Positions 32,114-40,132 of a stretch of DNA of 64,000 nt are shown here, piece after piece. Under the pieces are notes generated by a model, which was given only the letters and a program-made list of their open reading frames with translations, did no database searches and had not been told where the DNA came from. The stretch lies in assembly GCA_964590755.1 (NCBI GenBank), contig CAZPYK010000003.1, forward strand, positions 3,382-67,381. The letters are read 5' to 3'. The position numbers were made by a program, and so were the translations under genes. Numbering within the stretch: position 1 is the stretch's first letter; the number at the start of each line of letters is the position of its first letter. The DNA comes from an uncultured Ruminococcus sp. GTDB lineage: Bacteria; Bacillota; Clostridia; Oscillospirales; CAG-272.

Positions 32114-32335
32114 AGGTTCGGAATGTGATACACAGCAGATTTAATAGTTCTGTTTCCTCACCTTGACTTCAAACGCCGACGCGTTTGAAGTCCGAAGCGG
32201 GGTACAGAATTTTATAGTATGGTTGGTTCGGAATGTGATACACAGCAGATTTAATAGTTCTGTTTCCTCACCTTGACTTCAAACGCCGACGCGTTTGAAG
32301 TCCGAAGCGTGGTACGGAATTTATAGTTCGGAATA
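32103..32335 (+). repeat. tandem direct repeat, period 110 nt, two full units plus a truncated third start
   Basis: 32116-32199 is identical to 32226-32309 (84 of 84 nt). The flanks are near-identical, and a third TATAG-TTCGGAAT start lies at 32322-32335. Confidence 0.9.
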
Positions 32336-32380
32336 ATTTTTAAAAATATCATATAAAGCTTGAAAGGTCGGTGATCTTTA

Positions 32381-33637
32381 ATGGATCGAAATGTTATCTA
32401 CGAGAATGCGCGAGAGCGTTATGCCAAGATCGGAGTCGATACCGAAGCTGCGTTGGCGACTCTCATGTCCACACCGATATCCATGCACTGTTGGCAGGGG
32501 GATGATGTGCGCGGCTTTGAAGGTGCATGTGCTCTTGACGGAGGTATTCAGGCAACGGGGAATTATCCCGGAGCTGCGCGCACTCCAACCGAGCTTATGA
32601 GTGATATGGATAAGGCGCTCTCTCTTATTCCGGGTAAGCACAAAATAAACCTCCATGCGTCCTATGCCGTCTTTGACGGCGAGGTTCATGCCGACAGGGA
32701 TGCGCTGCTGCCCGAGCATTTTGCGCCGTGGGTGCGCTTTGCCAAGGAGCGCGGTCTGGGCATTGATTTTAATCCCACGTTTTTCTCGCATCCGATGGCG
32801 GCATCGGGGCTTACGCTTTCAAGCCCGGATGAGAGCATTCGCGGCTTTTGGGTCCGTCACGGTATTGCTTGTCTGCGAATAGCCGAGTATTTTGCGCGCG
32901 AGACCGGGACAAAGTGTCTTATGAACATATGGATCCCGGACGGGTATAAGGATGTCCCGGCCGACCGTTTGGGGCCGCGTATGCGTTTTGCCCGTTCGCT
33001 TGATGAGATCCTGGGGGCGGGATACGATCGTGAGCTTGTGGCGGTGTCTCTGGAATCCAAGGTCTTCGGAATAGGGCTTGAATCCTACACGGTCGGCTCG
33101 TCCGAATTCTGCCTTGAATACAGTGCGCGTCACGGACTTGTTCCGCTCATGGATAACGGACATTATCATCCTACCGAGAAGGTGAGCGATAAGATATCGT
33201 CGATGCTTTTGTTTTCGGAAAACATAGCGTTGCATGTTACGCGAGCCGTCAGGTGGGACAGCGACCATGTCGTGCTGTTTGATGACGAGACACGCGAGAT
33301 CGCAAAGGAGATAGTCGGATGCGACGCGCTTGGGCGCACATATCTTGCGCTTGATTATTTTGATGCAAGCATAAATCGCGTGGCGGCATGGGTGATAGGT
33401 ATGCGAAATCTGCAAAAGGCACTGCTTTCGGCATTACTTATGCCACATAAAAAGCTTACCGAGCTTCAGAACAATGCCGAATTTACCGAGCTTTTGATCA
33501 TGAACGAAGAATTGAAAACGCTTCCGTTCGGCGCGGTGTGGGAGGAGTTTTGCACACGTGCGGGAGTTCCCGTCGAGCTTGGGTGGTATAATGAAGTATC
33601 TAAATACGAGAGAGATGTACTTTCTCTGCGCAATTGA
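32381..33637 (+). CDS. rhaA: L-rhamnose isomerase
   Basis: Collinear with E. coli RhaA as I recall it: SMHCWQGDDV, GGIQATGNYPG, MNIWIPDG, ESKVFGIGLESYTVGS, RWDSDHVV, DYFDASINRVAAWVIG. Confidence 0.93.
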   Translation: MDRNVIYENARERYAKIGVDTEAALATLMSTPISMHCWQGDDVRGFEGACALDGGIQATGNYPGAARTPTELMSDMDKALSLIPGKHKINLHASYAVFDGEVHADRDALLPEHFAPWVRFAKERGLGIDFNPTFFSHPMAASGLTLSSPDESIRGFWVRHGIACLRIAEYFARETGTKCLMNIWIPDGYKDVPADRLGPRMRFARSLDEILGAGYDRELVAVSLESKVFGIGLESYTVGSSEFCLEYSARHGLVPLMDNGHYHPTEKVSDKISSMLLFSENIALHVTRAVRWDSDHVVLFDDETREIAKEIVGCDALGRTYLALDYFDASINRVAAWVIGMRNLQKALLSALLMPHKKLTELQNNAEFTELLIMNEELKTLPFGAVWEEFCTRAGVPVELGWYNEVSKYERDVLSLRN

Positions 33638-33683
33638 TCGCAGGCATGCTTTGAGATAGGCTGTAAGAAAGGGCTGATAGGAT

Positions 33684-36600
33684 ATGCTGTATTCAAAAAA
33701 ATCTTCAAAGGAACTTTCGGCAGAGCTTTTTGCGTCTCCGACCTCGGAATATCGCGGTGCGCCGTTTTGGGCGTGGAACTGCCGACTTGAAAGGGACGAG
33801 CTCTTGCGCCAGACAGAAATATTGAAGGAGATGGGCTTTGGCGGGTATCACATGCATGTGCGCTCCGGAATGGCGACCGAATATTTGGGTCGAGAGTTTA
33901 TGGGTCATATTCGCGCATGCGTGGATAAGGCGCGCGATCAAAAAATGCTTGCGTGGCTTTACGACGAGGATCGCTGGCCCTCCGGCTTTGCGGGCGGGCT
34001 GGTTACAAAGGATGAAAAATATCGCATAAGATATCTGCTTTTTACGCCTTTTTCATATGAGGAGGTCGGGGGCAAGATACGCTACGGTAACGAGCAGGCT
34101 ACGGCGCTTCGCAGCGGCAATGGGCGGTTGCTTGCGCGTTATTCGGTAACTCTCGACAAGCGCGGCTGTCTTGCGGCGTATCGCAGGCTTGCCGATGGTG
34201 AAAAGCCTGACGTTGGCGGAAGGAGCTTTTATGCTTATCTTGAAATGCCGCACACTTCCGCGCGATATAACGGCTACACATATGTCAACACTATGGATCG
34301 TAAGGCGATCGAACGCTTTATCGAGGTCACCCACGAGGCGTATCTGCGTGAGGTCGGAGATGAGTTCGGAAGGACCGTGCCTGCCATATTTACCGACGAG
34401 CCGCAGTTCACGCATAAGCAAACCTTGAGTTCTGCCGATTCTCTTGAGGATGTGGCGCTTCCGTGGACCGATGATCTTGAGGATACCTATCGAAGCGCGT
34501 ACGGCGTCTCGTTGCTTGACAGCCTTCCCGAGCTTATATGGGAGCTTCCGGAAGGAGTATCAACGATCAGATATCATTATCACGATCACGCCTGCGAGCG
34601 TTTTGCAACTGCGTTTGCCGACACTCTCGGATCGTGGTGCGATGCTCACGGTATAGCTCTTACCGGACACATGATGAAAGAGCCGACTCTCGGCACGCAG
34701 ACCTTTGCCGTCGGCGAGGCGATGCGCTCGCTGCGCGCTTTTGCGCTTCCCGGCATCGATATGCTTGCCAACAGGCATGAATATACGACCGTAAAGCAGG
34801 CGGCGTCTGTCGCGCATCAATACGGTCGAGAGGGAGTGCTCAGCGAGCTTTACGGTGTGACGGATTGGGATTTTGATTTTCGCGGGTACAAGCTTCAAGG
34901 AGATTGGCAGGCAGCTCTCGGTGTTACCGTGCGGGTGCCGCATCTTTCGTGGGTATCCATGGAAGGAGAAGCGAAACGTGATTACCCCGCTTCCATTAAC
35001 TATCAATCCCCGTGGTACCGTAAGTATCCTTTGGTAGAGAATCATTTTGCGCGTCTCAAAACCGCGCTCACGCGCGGCAAAGCGGAAATAAGAGTGGGAG
35101 TCATTCATCCCATAGAATCCTATTGGCTGCATTGGGGGCCTGCGGAACAGACCGCGCTCGTGCGCAGCACGCTGGATTCTCAATTTGCAAATGTCACGGA
35201 ATGGCTGCTTTTCGGTTCTGTGGATTTCGATTTCATCTCCGAATCGCTGTTGCCGTCGCTTTGCCCTAACGGTGGTGCTCCGTTAAAGGTGGGCAGCATG
35301 GAATATGATGTCATTATAGTTCCGGGCTGCGAAACGCTTCGCCGCACCACCTGCGAACGTCTTGAGGCGTTCCGCGCAAACGGCGGAAGGCTGATATTCT
35401 TGGGCAGTGCTCCGAAATACTTGGATGCCGTGGCTTCCGACAGGCCGAAAGCATTGTTCGAAATATCTGAGCAGATCGGCTTTTCGCGCGGTGAGCTGTT
35501 GTCCGCGCTTGACTCGGAGCGGATTGCGGATATAAGGCAAGCAAACGGAGAGCTCACGACCGAGCTGGTCCATCAGCTTCGTCGCGACGGTAACGGTCGA
35601 TGGCTGTTTATTGCACGAGGTAAGGATCCTTCAAATAAGGATATATCGAAAAAACGGAAGATAAAGGTCACTGTTCGCGGAATTTGGCGTGCGAGACTTT
35701 ACGATACGATGAGCGGCGGTATACTGCCGACGGCTTTTCGACATGTCGACGGCAACACCGTAATGAATTATGAGCTTTGGATGCATGACAGTCTGCTTAT
35801 AAGGTTGGATCCCTGCGCGGAGGCGGACGAATATCTGCCGATGCCGTCGAAAAAAACGGCGCAAGCTTGTATAAAGCTTCCTTGCCGTGTGCCCTTTAAG
35901 CTTTGCGAGCCGAATGTATTGCTGCTTGACAAAGCCGAGCTTTCATTTGACGGCAGCGCGTTTGAACCGGAAGAGGAGCTTTTGCGCGCGGACACGCGGC
36001 TTCGCAAACGGCTGGGGTGGGAGCCGTGGGGCGGAAGCTCAAATCAGCCGTGGTGTATTCCGGCAGAGGAACCGACGCATAGAGTGAGACTCAGATTCAC
36101 AATAGAAAGCAAGATCGCGGTAAGCGGTGTGCACCTTGCGCTTGAATGTGCCGAAAGCACCGAGATCACCTTGAACGGTGTGCATGTTCCGTCGAATGTT
36201 GATGGCTTTTACGTTGATCGCGCGATCAAAACTGTGCCGCTGCCAGATATCCCCGCGGGAGCATCCGTGCTTGAGCTTGCGTCTCCGTTCGGCAGGCGCA
36301 CGGCAATAGAATGGTGCTATCTGCTCGGAAGTTTTGGCGTTGAACTGCACGGTGCATACAGATGTATCACCGAAATGCCGAAGCTGCTTGCATGGGATAC
36401 GATAACGACGCAAGGTATGCCGTTCTACGGCGGCAAGCTTGATTATCTTGCGGAGATCGACACTCACGGAGGAGATGTGAGCCTGCGCTTGCCTCAATAT
36501 CGCGCGGCGGTATATGAGTGCTCACTTGATGACGGCGAGCCGACAGTGGGCGCGTTTGCACCATATGAAGTGACATGGCGCGACGTTCCTGCCGGTAAGC

Positions 36601-36788
36601 ACCGCATTAATATCGCGCTTTATATATCACGCGCCAATGCTTTCGGACATCTGCACTGCGCCGACCGCAAGCTTTCGTATGCCGCTCCGGGTGCGTGGAG
36701 AACCTCGGGCGACGCGTGGTGCGATGAATACCGAGTGCTTGATGAGGGCTTGCTTGTCGCTCCGGTGATATGTGAGTCTGAAAAGTAA
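33684..36788 (+). CDS. large cytoplasmic glycoside-hydrolase-like protein (family unresolved, possibly rhamnosidase-type)
   Basis: A 1034-aa ORF with no signal peptide. The N-terminus YRGAPFWAWNCRLERDELLRQTEILKEMGFGGYHMHVRSGM resembles the TIM-barrel start of GH106-like / 'glycosylhydrolase-like jelly-roll' proteins. It is adjacent to rhaA. Confidence 0.6.
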   Translation: MLYSKKSSKELSAELFASPTSEYRGAPFWAWNCRLERDELLRQTEILKEMGFGGYHMHVRSGMATEYLGREFMGHIRACVDKARDQKMLAWLYDEDRWPSGFAGGLVTKDEKYRIRYLLFTPFSYEEVGGKIRYGNEQATALRSGNGRLLARYSVTLDKRGCLAAYRRLADGEKPDVGGRSFYAYLEMPHTSARYNGYTYVNTMDRKAIERFIEVTHEAYLREVGDEFGRTVPAIFTDEPQFTHKQTLSSADSLEDVALPWTDDLEDTYRSAYGVSLLDSLPELIWELPEGVSTIRYHYHDHACERFATAFADTLGSWCDAHGIALTGHMMKEPTLGTQTFAVGEAMRSLRAFALPGIDMLANRHEYTTVKQAASVAHQYGREGVLSELYGVTDWDFDFRGYKLQGDWQAALGVTVRVPHLSWVSMEGEAKRDYPASINYQSPWYRKYPLVENHFARLKTALTRGKAEIRVGVIHPIESYWLHWGPAEQTALVRSTLDSQFANVTEWLLFGSVDFDFISESLLPSLCPNGGAPLKVGSMEYDVIIVPGCETLRRTTCERLEAFRANGGRLIFLGSAPKYLDAVASDRPKALFEISEQIGFSRGELLSALDSERIADIRQANGELTTELVHQLRRDGNGRWLFIARGKDPSNKDISKKRKIKVTVRGIWRARLYDTMSGGILPTAFRHVDGNTVMNYELWMHDSLLIRLDPCAEADEYLPMPSKKTAQACIKLPCRVPFKLCEPNVLLLDKAELSFDGSAFEPEEELLRADTRLRKRLGWEPWGGSSNQPWCIPAEEPTHRVRLRFTIESKIAVSGVHLALECAESTEITLNGVHVPSNVDGFYVDRAIKTVPLPDIPAGASVLELASPFGRRTAIEWCYLLGSFGVELHGAYRCITEMPKLLAWDTITTQGMPFYGGKLDYLAEIDTHGGDVSLRLPQYRAAVYECSLDDGEPTVGAFAPYEVTWRDVPAGKHRINIALYISRANAFGHLHCADRKLSYAAPGAWRTSGDAWCDEYRVLDEGLLVAPVICESEK

Positions 36789-36844
36789 AGTCGTGTGCCG
36801 CCGCGAAATGCTTATTATTATTTCAGAAAGAGTATTTTGAACTT

Positions 36845-37585
36845 ATGGATCTTATTCGGTTGCTTTTTATAGTTTGTATCGCCTTTGGAGCAAGCTTTAT
36901 ACAACGTGTTTCCGGCTTTGGGCTCGGCATCTTTGCCATGACCTTTTTGCCGTACATAATGAGCGAATACACCGAGGCAAACGTATTGACCTCCATGATC
37001 TCGCTTATCATGTCATTTTCGGTCGTTTGCCGTATGTTTGGGCATATACATTGGAAAAATCTGATATGTCCGTTGATAGGCAACTTGGTGCTGACGCATA
37101 TAACCGTGAATTTCATGTCGGAATACGGAGATGGCGTACTGCGATTGCTGCTCGGTATAGCACTTGTTCTGCTCAGCATTTATTTTATCAAATTTTCCGA
37201 AAAAGTGCATATCCGTGCCACATGGTATACCGGTCTTATTTGCGGATGTCTTTCGGGGGTGCTGGGAGGGCTGTTTTCGATGGGAGGGCCGCCGATAGTT
37301 ATTTATTATATGGAGTCGGAATCTGATCATGAAGAATATATGGCAACCATTCAAGCATACTTTTTTACGTCCGGAATATATTCCTTGATCGTGAAATCAA
37401 AATTTATCACGCCGAATGTATTTGCGGGGTTGGCGGTGAGCCTTGTCGGAATCCTTGCGGGGGTATATTTCGGCAAACGCGTTTTTTCGCGTCTTGACGG
37501 AAAAAAGCTCAAAAAGCTCGTCTATGTATTCATGGCGCTCAGTGGGCTGGCAAATATCGTGACCGCACTTTTGAAGATGCTTTAA
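36845..37585 (+). CDS. TauE/SafE (TSUP) family membrane transporter
   Basis: A 246-aa polytopic protein with FGASFIQRVSGFGLGIF and GGLFSMGGPPIVIY motifs typical of TSUP. Confidence 0.8.
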   Translation: MDLIRLLFIVCIAFGASFIQRVSGFGLGIFAMTFLPYIMSEYTEANVLTSMISLIMSFSVVCRMFGHIHWKNLICPLIGNLVLTHITVNFMSEYGDGVLRLLLGIALVLLSIYFIKFSEKVHIRATWYTGLICGCLSGVLGGLFSMGGPPIVIYYMESESDHEEYMATIQAYFFTSGIYSLIVKSKFITPNVFAGLAVSLVGILAGVYFGKRVFSRLDGKKLKKLVYVFMALSGLANIVTALLKML

Positions 37586-37761
37586 GGCAACACCGCACAA
37601 TTCTTTTTGCTCAATTGCGCGGTCAGAAAATTCGTCAGATAAAACAAATTTCCGCGCGTGTAGTTCATCCTACGCGAAGGGAATTTGTGAAATATGACGG
37701 ATTTTGTGCAAGCAAGTGAGTAAAAAAGGCGGAAGCCGCGAATTGTGCGGTGTTGCCTTAA
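37582..37761. repeat. 180-bp palindromic MITE-like element with perfect 22-bp terminal inverted repeats
   Basis: TTAAGGCAACACCGCACAATTC (37582-37603) is the exact reverse complement of GAATTGTGCGGTGTTGCCTTAA (37740-37761). The interior is an imperfect palindrome. There is no ORF. Confidence 0.8.
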
Positions 37762-37770
37762 AAACAATGT

Positions 37771-37806
37771 GGGGCTGCGAAAGGTGTTTGTGCCTTTCGC
37801 AGCCCC
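37771..37806. terminator. bidirectional terminator (tauE / spo0A)
   Basis: GGGGCTGCGAAAGG-TGTTTGTG-CCTTTCGCAGCCCC forms a 14-bp perfect stem. Confidence 0.7.
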
Positions 37807-37815
37807 GCCGGCGGT

Positions 37816-38598
37816 TCAATAAAGCTTGTATTTCAGTCGAAGGTTATCCGCGATCATGGCGATGAATTCCGAATTCGTAGGCTTGCCGCGGTCGTTTTGA
37901 ATCGTGTATCCGAAATATGAATTCAGCGTGTCGACATCGCCGCGATCCCATGCGACCTCTATGGCATGCCGTATCGCGCGTTCGACGCGAGAGGTCGTCG
38001 TTTGATATTTCTTCGCTACGGTGGGATAAAGCACCTTGGTGACGGAATTTATAACGTCGCTGTCCTTTACCGTCATCAATATGGCGGTGCGAAGGTATTG
38101 ATAGCCCTTGATATGAGCGGGAACTCCGATCTGGTGGATTATCTTTGTGACCTGCGTTTCTATATCCGGTGTTCCCGAGGAAGCGCCGAGGCGACCGCTG
38201 TCGGCTTGATCTTCATGTGCGCGCAGGATGCTTTTAATGTGATCGGCGAGGCTTTTGCAGTCTATCGGCTTCAAAAGGCACAGAGAGGCACCGGAGTTCA
38301 TTGCTTCTGTAAAAATGCTTTGTGCCGGCACTGCCGAAGTTATCACAAAAGCGGGAGGTGCATCCGGCGCAAGCTCAAGACTTCGTGTGCTGCGCAGCAC
38401 TCCGATGCCGTCAAGCTTTGAAAGCCATATGTCGATTATCGCCATATGCGGATGTATCTTTGCTATCAGTTCTAACGCTTCCTCGCCGTTCGATGCTTCG
38501 AACACGGTGCCCAGGCCGGAGGCGCGCAAGCCCTCCGACATTTGCATACGTTCGTTTTGATCGGCGCATGCGATAAGTATCCTTGTTTTATTATCCAT
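37816..38598 (-). CDS. spo0A: sporulation master regulator Spo0A
   Basis: The C-terminal effector domain is near-canonical ([20 protein letters not shown]...[35 protein letters not shown]...[14 protein letters not shown]). A receiver domain lies upstream. The start is set at M25 of the listed ORF. Confidence 0.93.
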   Translation of the reverse strand: MDNKTRILIACADQNERMQMSEGLRASGLGTVFEASNGEEALELIAKIHPHMAIIDIWLSKLDGIGVLRSTRSLELAPDAPPAFVITSAVPAQSIFTEAMNSGASLCLLKPIDCKSLADHIKSILRAHEDQADSGRLGASSGTPDIETQVTKIIHQIGVPAHIKGYQYLRTAILMTVKDSDVINSVTKVLYPTVAKKYQTTTSRVERAIRHAIEVAWDRGDVDTLNSYFGYTIQNDRGKPTNSEFIAMIADNLRLKYKLY

Positions 38599-38694
38599 TG
38601 TTATGACCATTCCTTTCTCGATGGGCCGTCGAGCTCGAAGAATGTGACCTTCAAGCCGCCGTGCCGTCATTATTTGTTTGGATCTGACAATATT

Positions 38695-38723
38695 ATTATA
38701 CCAAATTCTACCAATAATTGCAA
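38695..38723 (-). promoter_or_regulatory. candidate sigma-A promoter for spo0A (TTGCAA-17-TGgTATAAT)
   Basis: On the minus strand, TTGCAA lies at 38723-38718 and TATAAT at 38700-38695, preceded by TGG. Confidence 0.5.
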
Positions 38724-38987
38724 TATCTATTATAAAAAATATTTCACAAAAATAATGGGCGAATATTGTAAGAAATTACCAACCGAGTCGCGCAAAAACA
38801 CAAAATATGCTGTTGCGGCGCGAATGCGCTCACAATATGTAGTGGTGTTTTGCAGAGTGTCATTTTCCGTCGAGATGCGCGGACGAGGCATAATAAACAT
38901 CGAATACTTTAATCATTCATTGATTATTCACATTGTTGGATTATAATATATTATTGAAGTGTATGCAATTGAAAGGAACGTCTGTAT

Positions 38988-40043
38988 ATGTCAAGCAAAA
39001 ACGACGCAAGGGCTGCCGCTGCCATAAAGACTTCGATAGGCGGGCAAGCTCTGATAGAGGGCATTATGATGCACGGCCCGAAAAATACTGCCATGGCTGT
39101 CAGAAGACCAGATGGCAGTATCTGTCTTGAGGAGTGGGAGAACGCGCAAAACAATAGGCCTAAGATCACAAAGCTGCCCGTGATACGCGGTGTGTTCAAT
39201 TTTATCGATTCCATGATAATGGGATATAAGTCGCTTATGAGATCTGCGGAGATATCGGGGTTTGACGATGTCGCAAATGATTCCGCCGAGAGCTCATCCG
39301 AAGACTACGATAACAACAATAATGAAGGCTCAGAGAAAAAAAGCTCCGAAAAGAGCGGCAGTTCGGGCGGGATAGGCGAGGGAACGATGGCAGTGCTGAT
39401 GACGGTCGCCACCGTGCTCGGCGTTGCTTTGGCGCTGGTGCTTTTTAAGGTCATACCCGAGACGCTTTATGAGCTTCTGACGCGTCTTGTTCCGTCGTTG
39501 AACGGAGCGGGGTATTGGTGTTCGCTGGCAAGGGCGGCATTTACCGGTGTGCTCAAGATCATTATTTTGGTGCTTTACATGGCACTGATATCGCTCATGA
39601 AGGATATCAAGCGCACTTTTATGTATCACGGTGCCGAACATAAGACGATCTTTTGTTACGAGCACGGTCTGGAGCTTACCGTTGAAAACGTGCGCATGCA
39701 AAAGCGCTTTCACCCGCGCTGCGGCACATCTTTTCTGATATTGATGCTGTTGATATCGATAGTTGTCACGATGTTTATACCTTCCCGCCTCGTAGACAAT
39801 CGCGTCTTGAACGTTTTGCTTCGCACGGGTATCGGAATACTTCTTTTGCCCGTTATAATGGGGATAGGATATGAGCTTTTGAAACTTGCCGGGCGTCATG
39901 ACAATGTTTTTACCCGAATAATGTCCGCTCCCGGTGTATGGCTTCAGCATATCACGACTCGCGAGCCGGATGACAGCATGATCGAATGTGCCATAGAGGC
40001 TGTAAAAAAGGTCATTCCCGATGACGGGAGTGACAAGTGGTGA
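38988..40043 (+). CDS. DUF1385 (YqhQ-like) membrane protein
   Basis: IGGQALIEGIMMHGP..., MYHGAEHKTIFCYE, RFHPRCGTSF and GYELLKL motifs, with a Ser/Asn/Glu-rich low-complexity insert. Confidence 0.8.
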   Translation: MSSKNDARAAAAIKTSIGGQALIEGIMMHGPKNTAMAVRRPDGSICLEEWENAQNNRPKITKLPVIRGVFNFIDSMIMGYKSLMRSAEISGFDDVANDSAESSSEDYDNNNNEGSEKKSSEKSGSSGGIGEGTMAVLMTVATVLGVALALVLFKVIPETLYELLTRLVPSLNGAGYWCSLARAAFTGVLKIIILVLYMALISLMKDIKRTFMYHGAEHKTIFCYEHGLELTVENVRMQKRFHPRCGTSFLILMLLISIVVTMFIPSRLVDNRVLNVLLRTGIGILLLPVIMGIGYELLKLAGRHDNVFTRIMSAPGVWLQHITTREPDDSMIECAIEAVKKVIPDDGSDKW

Positions 40044-40064
40044 TCTCCGTATTGGTTTGAGATA

Positions 40065-40100
40065 ATATGCGGCGAGGGCTGTCTCACTAATGTGAGACAG
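40065..40100 (+). terminator. rho-independent terminator after the DUF1385 gene
   Basis: AGGGCTGTCTCAC-TAAT-GTGAGACAGCCCT followed by GTTTTT. Confidence 0.75.
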
Positions 40101-40132
40101 CCCTGTTTTTATTGTCATGGTCCGAGAGGATC

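Noticed and set aside
32103-32335. CRISPR array or tRNA-like gene as an explanation for the 110-nt tandem repeats. The units contain a GGTTCGGAAT segment reminiscent of a T-loop.
   Set aside because: There are only two full units, no unique spacers of CRISPR size and no cas genes. No cloverleaf can be drawn around the T-loop-like segment.
37582-37761. 6S RNA (ssrS): the element is ~180 nt and forms a long rod-like closing stem.
   Set aside because: The 22-bp terminal pairing is perfect, unlike the bulged 6S closing stem. No central-bubble consensus is recognisable. Partial copies elsewhere in the window (54415-54464, 25696-25733) point to a dispersed repeat rather than a single-copy ncRNA gene. 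This remains unverified without a covariance-model scan.
38599-38987. Spo0A autoregulatory 0A boxes (TGNCGAA) and a sigma-H promoter upstream of spo0A.
   Set aside because: Only near-misses were seen by eye (for example TGTCAGA and GGGCGAA). There is no AGGA-N-GAAT sigma-H pattern at appropriate spacing. This was not reported as a feature.
40065-40100. Possible repeat family among terminator hairpins that share GGGCTGTCT.../...GAGACAGCCC cores (14414-14450, 40065-40100, and the similar 25782-25819).
   Set aside because: The similarity is limited to ~9-13 nt of GC-rich stem, the loops and flanks differ, and each is adequately explained as an independent intrinsic terminator.
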